DNA of 64,000 nt from Verrucomicrobiota bacterium (GCA_039818205.1 JBCBUK010000010.1:64001-128000), one strand, 5' to 3'; counted from the stretch's first letter, positions 52,784-63,637 are shown. Made by a program: numbers and translations. Notes: a model not told the origin generated them from the sequence alone.

Positions 52784-53206
52784 TTATTGTCCGGAAGCCG
52801 ACTTCGATGCGCTGGACAGCTGATCGTGGTCGATGCCGTCCTTTGAGACGTATGGCGTCGTCAGTCTGCCTTCTGAGTCAAACTTGTAGTCTCCACAGGT
52901 CATGGGTTCGCTGTCCGGGGTTACGCGGCCGTCAGCCATGGCATAGGTAGGATACCAGACTTCGCCGGGGTTCAGACCCATATCGCGCTGGACATAATCG
53001 TGGAACGTAACGTTCGACTCCAACCAGCTTTGATTTGCATGGTACATGCTGGTTTGGGCTTTGATTGACTCCGTAGTTACGTTTTCTTCCCAGTCCTGAA
53101 CAACGTTCTCATCGGGTTGGATAACCATCTTGTTGTTCATGGAGCAACCAGCAGCGAGTATACCGATTGCGGAAATAGCGGTGAGGGATTTCAGTTTAGC
53201 GTGCAT
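52784..53206 (-). CDS. Hypothetical lipoprotein
   Basis: Lipobox LAAGC; co-oriented with aroC. Confidence 0.8.
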   Translation of the reverse strand: MHAKLKSLTAISAIGILAAGCSMNNKMVIQPDENVVQDWEENVTTESIKAQTSMYHANQSWLESNVTFHDYVQRDMGLNPGEVWYPTYAMADGRVTPDSEPMTCGDYKFDSEGRLTTPYVSKDGIDHDQLSSASKSASGQ

Positions 53207-53577
53207 AATAGGATAGTAATTAAGACTTTTGCAGCGCTAAGCGCAAGGACAATCCTGTGGGTTAAACAATTCCTGTTATAGTCTGTAACCCCTTATCCCA
53301 GAGGGCTTTTGGATTTAGAAAAATAGCTTTTTTTTTACCTCTAGCAGTGCCGTCCGATGCCTGATTGGTGTGATTCTAGGCAATCAAGTTGAGAAAAGTA
53401 TTGAAAAGCAGGATTTTATGGACTGCCCTGATCTCCGGCCGGGTCCTGTGCAACGTCGAACCGGTGAACTCCCCCAGGTCCGGAAGGAAGCAAGGGCAAC
53501 CAGGATTCACGTGTGCCGCAGGGTGCCTGGCCACTATTTTACATTTCCGCATCATTGCTGCTGAGGCTGCGCGTGTC

Positions 53578-55278
53578 ATGAACATCCAAATTGTTATCAT
53601 CGGGTCCGAATCATGGGCCGCCAGCCTGGTCCGTTGCTGGCAGTTTTTCCATATTCGCGAGGGCAGGCGGAAACACGAAACAGCACTTACGATTGAATTT
53701 AATCCGCTGCGCGCGTTCTTTTTCGCGACGATTGGAGGCGTGTTTTTTTATCTGCTGGGAGCTGTTTGCCTCTTTGTCTGGAGAAATCAGGTGCCTCACA
53801 ATCACATCGGTTTTCAGGATATCTTGTTAGCGCCGATTACGATGGACCGGATTCATCGGCTTCAAGGGATGACGAATCTGGACCAAGCCCGAGAGGATTT
53901 GAAAAATGGCCAGGTCATGGATGCCTTTTATAAGTATCGTGCTGGGGTTTCGAGGGTACCAGATGATATGGAGGCCCGTTTTGAGTTGGCGCAGTTTTAT
54001 ATTGGAGCCGGCTTGATTCCGGATGCGATCAATTTGTTGATTGGTGGTCTTAAGCACGGTTTTCCGTCAGATCCGCGATACCTACAGATGCTCTTCGCGC
54101 TGACTCAGGCGACTGAAGATTATCCTTCGCTGACCCGTGCACTGCCGATCTTGCTCGATTATCCCGAGATCGAGGATAAAGCGGCAATGCGTGTGGTCAT
54201 TCTGCAGTTACTTTTGAAATCTCAGCTTGTCCAACAGGACTATGCCGGTGTCATCGATACGTCGGAGGCTTTGAATGCGGAGGGGCTCGATAAGACATTT
54301 TACGATACCGCATTGTTCGCGCTGTTAAAAATGGGAGCGTACGAGGAAGCAGAAAGCTACTATGCAAGTCTGTCTGATGCGGAAAAGGCTGATGCCGATA
54401 TCCATTTGCTGCATGGTATTCTCCACTATTCCCAGGATAAACGGGCGGAAGGCCGGCGCTTGTTCAATGCATTATTCCGGGACTATCCAGCAGCCTGGCG
54501 AAACCATATGGACGCGATCCTCTACCTCTATGACGAGGAAGATAATGGATCAGCCGATGCGCTTTTGAATCTCTACATGGCGATTCATCGGCGCAATGGT
54601 TCCGCGCTCACGTCCATTGCCGCGCGATTTACGGATTTACCGGATCCAGTGAAAACCAAGCGCATTTTGGACGTGGTTAGTCGGGACACCCCACAGCTTA
54701 TGGGCCCCATGTGGTTCTACTATATTCAGGCGCTGTTGACTAATGGTGATTTCGAGGAGGCCAAAACGCAAATTGACTACATGGCTCCAGGAGCACCTAA
54801 AGAGGGCACAGGCGCGCTAACCTTTCAGGCCTATCAGCTGATTATTAACGCAGCGGCGGCCCGCAGCCAGGGTGAATACACCGAGCTGGTTAATTTCTTG
54901 GATGAGAAGCGCATGAACTCCGAGGTTTATTGGGAAGCGGCCGAAGCCATGCGTAAGATCGGTGCGATGGCGACCGCGGAAGTCATCTTGAACACTGGCT
55001 TGAATCATTTTCCCCACAATCGCTACCTTTCGGAATTGCGCACTGCTGTCCAACAGCAAGAGGCCGAGGCGGAAACGCGTCAGCAGATGCTTCTTTCCGA
55101 CATCCAGACGACAAAGAAGACAACCGAGCGTAAGCTTGCAACGGAGGCCATAGCGGACCGTTTGGTTGGCCATCAGCCAGCCGTTGCTCCTCCCGAGTCG
55201 TTGATCGGTGATGAGAAGCTGCAGAATATTTCGATCTCGGCCGAGGATCTGAACAAGACGCCGGAGACGCCCGATTAA
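53578..55278 (+). CDS. Membrane-anchored TPR-like helical repeat protein
   Basis: One TM helix followed by helical repeats (A...Y..G....P.D..AR..LA..Y); start uncertain, ATG 53578 preferred. Confidence 0.7.
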   Translation: MNIQIVIIGSESWAASLVRCWQFFHIREGRRKHETALTIEFNPLRAFFFATIGGVFFYLLGAVCLFVWRNQVPHNHIGFQDILLAPITMDRIHRLQGMTNLDQAREDLKNGQVMDAFYKYRAGVSRVPDDMEARFELAQFYIGAGLIPDAINLLIGGLKHGFPSDPRYLQMLFALTQATEDYPSLTRALPILLDYPEIEDKAAMRVVILQLLLKSQLVQQDYAGVIDTSEALNAEGLDKTFYDTALFALLKMGAYEEAESYYASLSDAEKADADIHLLHGILHYSQDKRAEGRRLFNALFRDYPAAWRNHMDAILYLYDEEDNGSADALLNLYMAIHRRNGSALTSIAARFTDLPDPVKTKRILDVVSRDTPQLMGPMWFYYIQALLTNGDFEEAKTQIDYMAPGAPKEGTGALTFQAYQLIINAAAARSQGEYTELVNFLDEKRMNSEVYWEAAEAMRKIGAMATAEVILNTGLNHFPHNRYLSELRTAVQQQEAEAETRQQMLLSDIQTTKKTTERKLATEAIADRLVGHQPAVAPPESLIGDEKLQNISISAEDLNKTPETPD

Positions 55279-55353
55279 GCCGCCTTTGTGAATTTTGGGT
55301 GGCTGGCCCGATTTCGCTTTATCTGCTCAAGCGCCGGAATCATCATCTGGTTC

Positions 55354-56211
55354 ATGAAGAACAACATCGTGTTTGCGGCTACGCTTCTCTCTGTGTCGAT
55401 TGGGCTAATTGCTATGAGCGAAGCTGCGGCCGAGCCAGCCGCGGCCCCAGCGACTGATATTGTCCTGCGTTCCGACGTCGAATGGGAGCAGCTAAATCCC
55501 GCGCGAGGTGACAAGAGCCCTAAGGCGGGCACGCTATGGGGCGATCGGAAAGGGACGGTAGCAACCGGTTTTTTGGTTGAGTTCGTCGACGGTTTTTCCT
55601 CACCGCCACACATCCACAATGTCACCTACCGTGGCGTGGTTATCAGCGGATTGATTCACAATGACGACCCGGATGCGAAGCCGACCTGGATGCCTCCGGG
55701 TTCGTTTTGGACCCAGCCGAAGGGCGAGGAACACATTACCGCGGCGAAGGGCAGCACCAATGTGGCGTTTATTGAGATCGATCACGGGCCCTACCTGGTG
55801 ATGCCACCAACGGATGCGTTCGACGATGGAGAGCGATCAATCAATGTTGATCCATCCAACATGGTTTGGCTCGATTCTAGCGAACTCAAGTGGATTGATC
55901 AGTCAGCTGCATCCGGGACTGAGATTGCCTTCTTGTGGGGAGCGACTGATGCCGGGCAGATGGGTGGAAGCTTTGTCAAGCTACCGGCAGGATTCCAGGG
56001 AGACATTATTGCCAGCGGCTCATTGTTTCAGGCGGTTGTCATCGAGGGAACGCCATCGTACCACCTTTCCGCCCATGATGCCAAAGCGATGGAGCCTGGC
56101 AGCTACTTTGGCTCTAAGCAGCCAGGTTCGCATCCCTTATCCAGTGCGCCCGACACGGATAGCCTGGTTTATGTAAGGACGAATGGTGCTTACAAGGTCG
56201 TTTCAAACTAG
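55354..56211 (+). CDS. DUF4437-family double-cupin exported protein
   Basis: W..LNPARGD.SP.A..LWGD, GF.SPPHIHN..YRGVVI.G, GSFWTQP.GE.H.T. Confidence 0.85.
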   Translation: MKNNIVFAATLLSVSIGLIAMSEAAAEPAAAPATDIVLRSDVEWEQLNPARGDKSPKAGTLWGDRKGTVATGFLVEFVDGFSSPPHIHNVTYRGVVISGLIHNDDPDAKPTWMPPGSFWTQPKGEEHITAAKGSTNVAFIEIDHGPYLVMPPTDAFDDGERSINVDPSNMVWLDSSELKWIDQSAASGTEIAFLWGATDAGQMGGSFVKLPAGFQGDIIASGSLFQAVVIEGTPSYHLSAHDAKAMEPGSYFGSKQPGSHPLSSAPDTDSLVYVRTNGAYKVVSN

Positions 56212-56329
56212 TCCAACTGGCAATTTTTGGGATCGGCATTGAAGTGGACCCGCTCCTGCTGCTAGGGGTGGATTGGCCAGATTGTCACCATACGATTTGT
56301 GCTGTTAAACATAAGTAAATCAACTCGTG

Positions 56330-56347
56330 AGCGAATTCTTTCGCCTT
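56330..56347. promoter_or_regulatory. Putative operator, copy 1 (AGCGAATTCTTTCGCCTT)
   Basis: Contains palindrome GCGAA-N4-TTCGC; exact reverse complement of 58325-58342; 39 nt upstream of the repressor ATG. Confidence 0.7.
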
Positions 56348-56386
56348 GTGTGCATATTAAAATTAGATTAGAAATTTAGGTCGTTT

Positions 56387-56782
56387 ATGGGGAGAAACGC
56401 GCAGAAGCATTTAACGGAACTTGAGCTCCAGATCATGAAGGTGATCTGGCCCCAAGATGAAGTTTGCGTTGATGAAATCAAAGCGAAGCTGGCGGCTGGG
56501 GGTAAGGAGCTCGCACTTCCCAGCATCCGCACAATGTTGAACATTTTGGAGAAAAAGGGCGCGGTGAGCCGTCGTCCATCCGGTGCGGGTCGAAAGTTTT
56601 TGTATAAAGCCGAAATGGAGCAGGCGGCGGTGAACAAGGAGTTCCTCGATGACGTGGTCAATCGCGTCTTCGAAGGTTCCACGGTTGATCTCTTTGCAGC
56701 GCTTCTCGATACCCAGGACATTAAAAAGAAAGACATTGATCAGGTAAAACGGCTTATCGACCAAATCGACCGTGGAAAGTAA
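56387..56782 (+). CDS. BlaI/MecI/CopY family repressor
   Basis: LTELELQIM.V.W, I.TML..LE.KG.V.R, G...Y, ..VFEGS. Confidence 0.93.
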   Translation: MGRNAQKHLTELELQIMKVIWPQDEVCVDEIKAKLAAGGKELALPSIRTMLNILEKKGAVSRRPSGAGRKFLYKAEMEQAAVNKEFLDDVVNRVFEGSTVDLFAALLDTQDIKKKDIDQVKRLIDQIDRGK

Positions 56783-56787
56783 ACCCA

Positions 56788-58293
56788 ATGCCCACTATCT
56801 CCGCCATTACTGGATTCAATGAAGCACTGTTTGGCTTAGTCATCGGTGTGTGGTGGATTACTTTTCCGGTCTTGGCATTGGCGGTGTGTGGGCGTGTGTT
56901 CTCTCTGTTGCCGTCCAGGCACAAGCGACTGCTTTGGGTTTTCTCCCTCGGTTTGCCCACGGTATTGATGAGTGCCTATTTCTTGGCGCCACAGTTATTT
57001 GCGTGGGCAAAACACGCGCCTATGGGCTGCGTCCTGCAGATCCCATCGTTTGCGAGTGGCCTTTGGCACCTGTTAGGCTTCGTGTATTTAACGGGAGTCG
57101 CCCTGCTATTCGGCCGGATCTTGTTGGGTTGGTTTCAGCTCTGGCGATGGAGCGCTAGCGCCGAGGCAATTTCAAATCCGCGTTTGATCAATGCTTTCGC
57201 GGTTGCGAAGTCTGCCTACGATATTCGTTCGCCCTTCTATTTGTTGGCTGGCGAATCGGTCCCGGCTCCAATTACGGTTGGTGTTCTTAACCATCGGATC
57301 TTGCTTCCCGCCAGTTTGGAACGGGAGCTCAATGATGAAGAATTGCGGGATCTTGCGTTGCATGAGGCGGCGCATATAAAGCGCGCCGATCCAGTTGTCT
57401 TTGCCGCTGCGTCGGTTATCCGTGCGGTGTTCTGGCCCAATCCGTTGGTTTGGCTGGCAACATATGAGCTTAAGCTGGCCGCGGAAAAAGCGGCCGATGA
57501 GTCGGTGATTTCAATCACGGAGGAGGTCTCTCCGTACACGCAATTACTGGTAAAGATGGCGGAGAGCCTGGTGCCTCGGTCTTTCGTTTCGTTGGCCGCC
57601 GGGATCAACTTGGGCAAGTCAAGTTTCCTGCTGCGGGTTGAGTCGCTATTGGGTTCAACCCTGGTGGGGAAGGGCCCCAATATCCCTTTGGTCGCCGGAG
57701 CTTGGAGCGTGTTCATTCTCTCCTTCGTGGTGCCGGTAGTCTTTCACCCGGTTTTGTCGGTCGAGGCACATACCGCCTCGCCCGAGGAAGTGGTGCAGGC
57801 GACCTACGAGTATAAGCTGCCCCCGCGTTACAATCGCATCATCGATGAGCTGCTGCCGTTTGCAGGGGAACCGCGATCGTTGGAACTGTTGGAATTAGCC
57901 AACCCGATTCGTATTGTCGTAGCGGATCACTGGTATTCACCCAACGAACAGAAGCTGTCATTCTTTACCTTTGAGGATGCCAACGGCAAGCGGTTGACCG
58001 CGGTGCTCGACCGGGGCCAGGAGCCTTATTCCATGCCCCAGCAGGGGGACTGGTTTCTGGTCGACGGCGAGTTTGACCGCGACCAGTTGAATCCCGTTCC
58101 ATTGAACAGCGAACTCGACTATGCAGTGATGGATTTGATGGAAGGTTGGGCCACTGCTCGGATGAGCCCACAAGCCTGGCGCAGCTTGCTTGAAGAGTGG
58201 CCGCAAGTCTCGATGGACTCGGTTGAGCTCGGGGCTTTGTTCGTGGGCGAGTCACTCGATGCCTGCCGAAACTTCCGGAGATACTACCGCTAA
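56788..58293 (+). CDS. BlaR1-like M56 metallopeptidase sensor with non-PBP C-terminal domain
   Basis: TM helices, P...G.....I.LP, LHE.AH..R.D, W.NPL.W, E..AD; no penicillin-binding domain recognisable. Confidence 0.9.
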   Translation: MPTISAITGFNEALFGLVIGVWWITFPVLALAVCGRVFSLLPSRHKRLLWVFSLGLPTVLMSAYFLAPQLFAWAKHAPMGCVLQIPSFASGLWHLLGFVYLTGVALLFGRILLGWFQLWRWSASAEAISNPRLINAFAVAKSAYDIRSPFYLLAGESVPAPITVGVLNHRILLPASLERELNDEELRDLALHEAAHIKRADPVVFAAASVIRAVFWPNPLVWLATYELKLAAEKAADESVISITEEVSPYTQLLVKMAESLVPRSFVSLAAGINLGKSSFLLRVESLLGSTLVGKGPNIPLVAGAWSVFILSFVVPVVFHPVLSVEAHTASPEEVVQATYEYKLPPRYNRIIDELLPFAGEPRSLELLELANPIRIVVADHWYSPNEQKLSFFTFEDANGKRLTAVLDRGQEPYSMPQQGDWFLVDGEFDRDQLNPVPLNSELDYAVMDLMEGWATARMSPQAWRSLLEEWPQVSMDSVELGALFVGESLDACRNFRRYYR

Positions 58294-58324
58294 GAATTCA
58301 ATTCAATCATTCCGCTTGGACCGA

Positions 58325-58342
58325 AAGGCGAAAGAATTCGCT
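58325..58342. promoter_or_regulatory. Putative operator, copy 2 (AAGGCGAAAGAATTCGCT)
   Basis: Exact inverted copy of 56330-56347; 24 nt upstream of the ATG at 58367. Confidence 0.7.
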
Positions 58343-58366
58343 AAATAATTTAATTGATCCAATCCC

Positions 58367-61300
58367 ATGAATTATAAACACCATCTCCTATCTATATTAC
58401 TCGCAGGCATTGCCCTGTGTTTTGGTTTCCGGGACCTTCTGGGGCAGAATGTTCCCGTGGTGGTTCCCACCTTTCCGACCGACCAAACATTCACGCCGGG
58501 CGAGTTATTGTATCGCCACATTGGCATTGGGCGGGTGACCAACATTGCCTACCACAACGGCATCGTATACACCCACAACGTCGGCGGCGGTGATCGCAAG
58601 TCGTGGGAGTGGAGCGATTCGGCCGACGCCTCGAGCTTAGGCCCAGTCTTGGAAGAAAGTGCGGGCGATATCATTCCCTTGTTCAACGACCACGGAAACC
58701 ACGCGCATACCAAAGTTGGTGACTATCTGGGCGGCCAATTTGATCTTAGCATTCGGCGTTCGAGTCCCGGCGTGAACGTGTGGGATACGCACCCGGAGTG
58801 GGCTGGGGTAGGTGGCCATCGCTTATATTGGCCGTGGGCATTGTCGTTCAACTGGATTCAGTACTCCAGCGATGCCAACCAACCGACGTTTATCCGCCGA
58901 TTTAGTGAGGAACTCTACGTTTGGGACTCGCTCGCTGAGCATGGCGTGACGGGGAATTATATGCTCATGGGGAACTATCTGATCGTGACCTCCGATGAGT
59001 CCCTGCTTGGCATATTGATTTATGACCTAACTCCAACCTTTGAGAACAACTCAGCGCCTGTTTTGTTGGATAAGCTTTCTGCTCCCGTGGGTGCCTACAT
59101 TGCGGTACTTTGGGAAAACTATATTGTGCTGGCTCGTCGCGATACCGATCAAGTTGATATCGTCGACTGGAGTGACCCGACCAACCTGCGTTTTGTGACC
59201 TCAATCGATGTGCGTGGCGACGACAATCTGAACTCCAGCTCGAACGTTCCTTACACCCAGTGCCAAGATCAGTTCGTGTTTACTCGCCGGCATAAGATCA
59301 ACATGGAGACATTCGAGCGCGTGCTGGAGTTTGATGAGGTTGGAAACAATCGCCCCACCGGGAGCGTCTCCGGTCGATTGGGCACGAGCCAGTATATGTT
59401 GCCCGTTGGGCAATTTATCATTACCGGTGGCTACAGCACTGACGGCCAAGATGGTATTGGTCTCTGGGCCCACCAAGCGGAGCCGGACACCCGTGCTCCC
59501 TACGTTGGCTATCATATACCCCGCGATGGTCAGACGAACTATCCGGTTCGCGCTCCAATCAGTATTTTGATCCACGAAACCTTGGAGTCGTACACGATCG
59601 TGAATGGAGAAAGTCTTATTGTTCGGCCCGTTGGTGGCAGTGCGATCGATGCCTACAATTCGTTCTCTCATGACGATGTGCTTACGATAACTCCGGAGCA
59701 GCCACTGCAAGCCGATACGACCTACGAGGTTATTATTCCGGCCGGTGGGATTAAGGATGCAGCCGGCAATGGGATCGAAGGGTATTCATTTACATTCTCA
59801 ACAGGAGGTGCGCTTAGTGGTGGCAACTTGTCTCCACAGATCGCGTCGTTCACCGCAACACCGTCTCCAACAACTCCAAACACACCGATTACTTTCTCAG
59901 CGTCGGCCACGGACCCCGAGAGCGATACCTTGGAATACCGCTTCTCGTTTTCCGATGGCTCCACGGCGACCGACTGGGGGAGTAGCTCAAGCATCGTTCA
60001 TCAGTTTGCCAACGAAGGGCACTACGAGGCCAAGGTGCAGGTGCGCGACCTTAAGCCGGGTGGCGCCACCTCGGTAAGCACCGAAATTCTTTCAGTGACG
60101 ATTGCTAACCCAATCGTGGGCGTCCGCCCAACCAAGTCGTCCCCGATAACGCTGGATGCGGCGAACCGCAAGGTATGGGTTGTCAACCCGGACAACGACA
60201 GCATTACGCGCTTGAATGCCGATACTCGGGCGTTTGAGGCCGAGTTTGATCTGGGTGCAGGGATTAGTGGTTCCGTCGATCCCCGTAGCATCGCTATCGA
60301 TGCAAACGGAGATCTTTGGGTAGCCTGCCGCGATGCCGATGGGATTGCGGTTATGACCAGTGGTGGTGTCTTGCTCGACTTCATTGACACGGGCTATGGT
60401 AGTGCTCCGGTGGGAGTTGCGGCGTCCGCAGACGGAAGCCGTGTGCTTGCAACCCTTGAAAGGCGCGGCACAACCGATCCCGAGAATGGTCAGCTGCTCC
60501 TTTACAACACCGCGACAGGGAGTGAGATTGATCGCCTGGAGTTGGGTCCAATGCCGCGTGCGATTGCGATTACCGGGAACGGTCAACGCGCCTTGGTGAC
60601 GCGTTTCATCTCAACGGAGAACTATGGCGAAGTATGGGATGTGGCAATTGGTGTTGGCCTGAGCCTGACTCGGACTATTCTTATTGGTCGTGACCGCGGA
60701 AGCTCGTTCAACGACAGCAGCTCCGATGGCAAAGGTGTCCCGAACTACCTAGCCGGTATCACACTCAGCCCAGACAACGAATGGGCCTGGTTCACCGCCG
60801 TAAAGGCGAACACCCAGCGCGGTGAGTTCTTCAACAGCACCGGAGTGAACGCCAGTTTGACGCCTGACCATACCGTGCGAGCAATGGTTGGGCGCATCGA
60901 CTTGAGTCTAAACCGAGAGCCAACCCCGTATACCTTGGAGCCGCATCGTGGTTCTCGAATCGATGTCGACAACAGTGACTCGCCCACGGCGGTTGCGTTT
61001 TCCGACCTCGGGGACTATGTATTCGTCACCCTGCAAGGGAACGATGGCGTCGCCGTTTATGACCGCTTCGACATCATTGCCGGAGCAGCACGCGCAACCA
61101 CCTGGCGTATCCCATCGGGTGCGGCTCCGCAGGGCATCCTCCTGGATCCCGCAACGAACTGCCTGTGGATTAAGGACTTTATGGGGCGCACCGTTACCGT
61201 ACACGATCTAAGCGGATTCTTCGGCAATGGTGATCGCACCAACGCGCCGGTAACCGTTAGCACGGTTGCGAACGAAGCATTGGCCACCGACGTACTCGAT

Positions 61301-63637
61301 GGTAAGCGGATCTTCTACAGTGCGTCAGATGAAATGAGTTTGGAAAACTACATCTCTTGTGCGAGCTGCCATGTCGATGGTATGCACGACGGCCGAACCT
61401 ACGACTTCACTCAGCGTGGTGAAGGCTTTCGCAATACCACGGACTTGCGAGGTCGGGGTGGCATGGACCATGGCAACGTCCATTGGTCGGCAAACTTTGA
61501 TGAGATTCAGGACTTCATTTTAGACATCACGCGGCACTTTGGCGGAACCGGTTTGTTGGATTCCGGTGAGCAGCCCAATGAACCCCTGAGCCTGCCGAAC
61601 GGTCAGCGGGCGATGGATCTTGATTCGCTTTCGGCTTATGTAACGTCGTTGAAAAACGATACTGTTCCGCGTAGTCCGCATCGAAATTTCAATGGAACCA
61701 TGACCGCCGAGGCATTGGCGGGCGAATCGGTGTTTAGCACCGCCGCATGTGTCAGCTGTCATGCCGCGCCTGATTACACGGATTCAACGCTTGGAATCGT
61801 TTCATTGCACAATGTTGGAACCCTGCGGACCAGCTCAGGCTTACGGTTGAATGGCCCGTTGAGCGGTATCGACACTCCGAGTCTCCTGGGTGCATGGGAT
61901 GGCGCTCCCTACTTTCACGATGGCTCAGCACAGGCCCTTGAAGATGTATTCTCAGTCGTCGGGGGTGTGATTTACCCCGCCGAGGATGCTGCGTTGTCGG
62001 GAAGCGCAAGCGTGCCGAATTATATCGATGTCAATTGGGATAGCTCTTCGCGTGGCTCGCTGGTGGCCCTGGAGTCGACCGGTGCCTCAGTGACATTCAA
62101 CAACGTGGATGGCGGTTCCGGTGGCATTGGCCAACTTGAGTTGCGACTTCAGGGCAACTTCGATGGAGAGTTCCGCGTCACGGTGAATGGCACGCAGGTA
62201 TTTGATTTGTCGATCTCCGGTGAGCGGACCTTGCATGAATGGAACCAAACCCGCGTCGAGGGCATCAGCTTTAGCCCGGGGGCAACCAATGTTGTGGTTG
62301 TTACGCGGACGACAGTTCCATTCGCGCTCGACGACATTACGGTGGCGGCTCCCGATCACCTTGCACTGGCGGCACCGCACCGGATCTATAACACCCTTTC
62401 CTCCCAAGATCGCGATCGCTTGCTTGCTTATGTTCGGCAGATTGATGGACGGGATCCCGTTGGTGCGCCGTTGAACAATCCGCCAGTTGCGCTTGGCACC
62501 TTGTCGGTTGGTCAGCTCAATTTTGGTGATGGCTTTAGCACCGCGATCTTGGCGGATGCTTCAAACTCCTTTGATAGCGATGGTGCGGTTGCCTCGTATC
62601 ATTGGTCAGGCAACGGCATCGAGTTCGTGAACGGGACGACCGAGTCCGACGCTGCTGCTGAGTTCGCGTTACCGGGAGCAGGCAACACGGTCATCACGTT
62701 GACCGTCACCGATGATGATGGAGCTATAGCATCGGCGCTGTTTGGTGTCCGGGTAGTCGACGGCGATATCAATACGCTGTTTGTCCAAGGAATTGAATAC
62801 ACGTATTACCAACGAGAGGATTGGTTCTCCGAGTTTCAGAATATCGATTTCGATACCGAGCCGGTTGATGATACGGGTACCCTAACGAACTTCGACATCT
62901 CGAGCAATACATCTCCAAACCTGTTCCTGTTCCGATTCACGGGCTATGTCTACATCGATACACCCGGCGACTGGACCTTCTACACGACCTCTGACGATGG
63001 TAGCCGGATGTTTGTAAACGGTACGCGGGTCGTAAACAATGACGGAGTCCACGGAACCCAGACACGGCAGGGAACCACGAGTCTGGGAGTTGGCTATCAC
63101 GAAATTGTGGTCGACTACTTTAACTCGTTTGGCTCGCAGGTCCTGACCGTTGAATTCGAAGGGCCGGGAACCGCGCGACAAGCCATTCCCGATTCGGCCT
63201 TGTTCCGCGGCGTGCCGATTCCGCGCCGTACCTTGGGGCGTGCGATGTTCGATAACTGGACGGAGGCGGATCCGCAGCTCGTCGGGCTCCAACCCGATAG
63301 TGATCCGTTCAACACGGGCCGTCCACTTTACTTGGACTTTGTGTTGGCGGACACACCGGGCCAGCGGCAGTTCGAGTTTGCCCTGCTAAGCCAGAACGAG
63401 GGTGGGACCGTCGTGTTTCGGACTCCGGCATTGAGAACGGGCGAGGGGCTCAACTACCGCGTCGAGTACTCGACGGATTTGGTCGACTGGTTTGATAACG
63501 ATGGTCGTTTTACGCTGACCATGGAGCCTGCCGGACCAGGTATGGAGGTCATTGCCTTGGAGCGCGACGTGTCTGGCTTTACCGGGCCCGAGTTTATTCG
63601 TGTAAATGTTTCGTTGGACGATCGTTTAAGTCAATAG
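58367..63637 (+). CDS. Large secreted multidomain protein: Ig-like (Big_5), PKD, YVTN-type beta-propeller, di-heme cytochrome c peroxidase-like domain, CBM6/35-like, PKD, PA14, C-terminal tail
   Basis: Signal peptide; P...L...T.Y.V....GIKD.AGN; WVVNPDNDSI; CASCH (61358) and CVSCH (61748); RNT..L.G, TPSL.G.W...PYFHDGS; F...SDDGSR....G..VV.NDG.H. Confidence 0.88.
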   Translation: MNYKHHLLSILLAGIALCFGFRDLLGQNVPVVVPTFPTDQTFTPGELLYRHIGIGRVTNIAYHNGIVYTHNVGGGDRKSWEWSDSADASSLGPVLEESAGDIIPLFNDHGNHAHTKVGDYLGGQFDLSIRRSSPGVNVWDTHPEWAGVGGHRLYWPWALSFNWIQYSSDANQPTFIRRFSEELYVWDSLAEHGVTGNYMLMGNYLIVTSDESLLGILIYDLTPTFENNSAPVLLDKLSAPVGAYIAVLWENYIVLARRDTDQVDIVDWSDPTNLRFVTSIDVRGDDNLNSSSNVPYTQCQDQFVFTRRHKINMETFERVLEFDEVGNNRPTGSVSGRLGTSQYMLPVGQFIITGGYSTDGQDGIGLWAHQAEPDTRAPYVGYHIPRDGQTNYPVRAPISILIHETLESYTIVNGESLIVRPVGGSAIDAYNSFSHDDVLTITPEQPLQADTTYEVIIPAGGIKDAAGNGIEGYSFTFSTGGALSGGNLSPQIASFTATPSPTTPNTPITFSASATDPESDTLEYRFSFSDGSTATDWGSSSSIVHQFANEGHYEAKVQVRDLKPGGATSVSTEILSVTIANPIVGVRPTKSSPITLDAANRKVWVVNPDNDSITRLNADTRAFEAEFDLGAGISGSVDPRSIAIDANGDLWVACRDADGIAVMTSGGVLLDFIDTGYGSAPVGVAASADGSRVLATLERRGTTDPENGQLLLYNTATGSEIDRLELGPMPRAIAITGNGQRALVTRFISTENYGEVWDVAIGVGLSLTRTILIGRDRGSSFNDSSSDGKGVPNYLAGITLSPDNEWAWFTAVKANTQRGEFFNSTGVNASLTPDHTVRAMVGRIDLSLNREPTPYTLEPHRGSRIDVDNSDSPTAVAFSDLGDYVFVTLQGNDGVAVYDRFDIIAGAARATTWRIPSGAAPQGILLDPATNCLWIKDFMGRTVTVHDLSGFFGNGDRTNAPVTVSTVANEALATDVLDGKRIFYSASDEMSLENYISCASCHVDGMHDGRTYDFTQRGEGFRNTTDLRGRGGMDHGNVHWSANFDEIQDFILDITRHFGGTGLLDSGEQPNEPLSLPNGQRAMDLDSLSAYVTSLKNDTVPRSPHRNFNGTMTAEALAGESVFSTAACVSCHAAPDYTDSTLGIVSLHNVGTLRTSSGLRLNGPLSGIDTPSLLGAWDGAPYFHDGSAQALEDVFSVVGGVIYPAEDAALSGSASVPNYIDVNWDSSSRGSLVALESTGASVTFNNVDGGSGGIGQLELRLQGNFDGEFRVTVNGTQVFDLSISGERTLHEWNQTRVEGISFSPGATNVVVVTRTTVPFALDDITVAAPDHLALAAPHRIYNTLSSQDRDRLLAYVRQIDGRDPVGAPLNNPPVALGTLSVGQLNFGDGFSTAILADASNSFDSDGAVASYHWSGNGIEFVNGTTESDAAAEFALPGAGNTVITLTVTDDDGAIASALFGVRVVDGDINTLFVQGIEYTYYQREDWFSEFQNIDFDTEPVDDTGTLTNFDISSNTSPNLFLFRFTGYVYIDTPGDWTFYTTSDDGSRMFVNGTRVVNNDGVHGTQTRQGTTSLGVGYHEIVVDYFNSFGSQVLTVEFEGPGTARQAIPDSALFRGVPIPRRTLGRAMFDNWTEADPQLVGLQPDSDPFNTGRPLYLDFVLADTPGQRQFEFALLSQNEGGTVVFRTPALRTGEGLNYRVEYSTDLVDWFDNDGRFTLTMEPAGPGMEVIALERDVSGFTGPEFIRVNVSLDDRLSQ

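Noticed and set aside
53328..53336. T9 homopolymer in a divergent intergenic region as a phase-variation tract
   Set aside because: Short, intergenic, and no promoter elements could be placed around it
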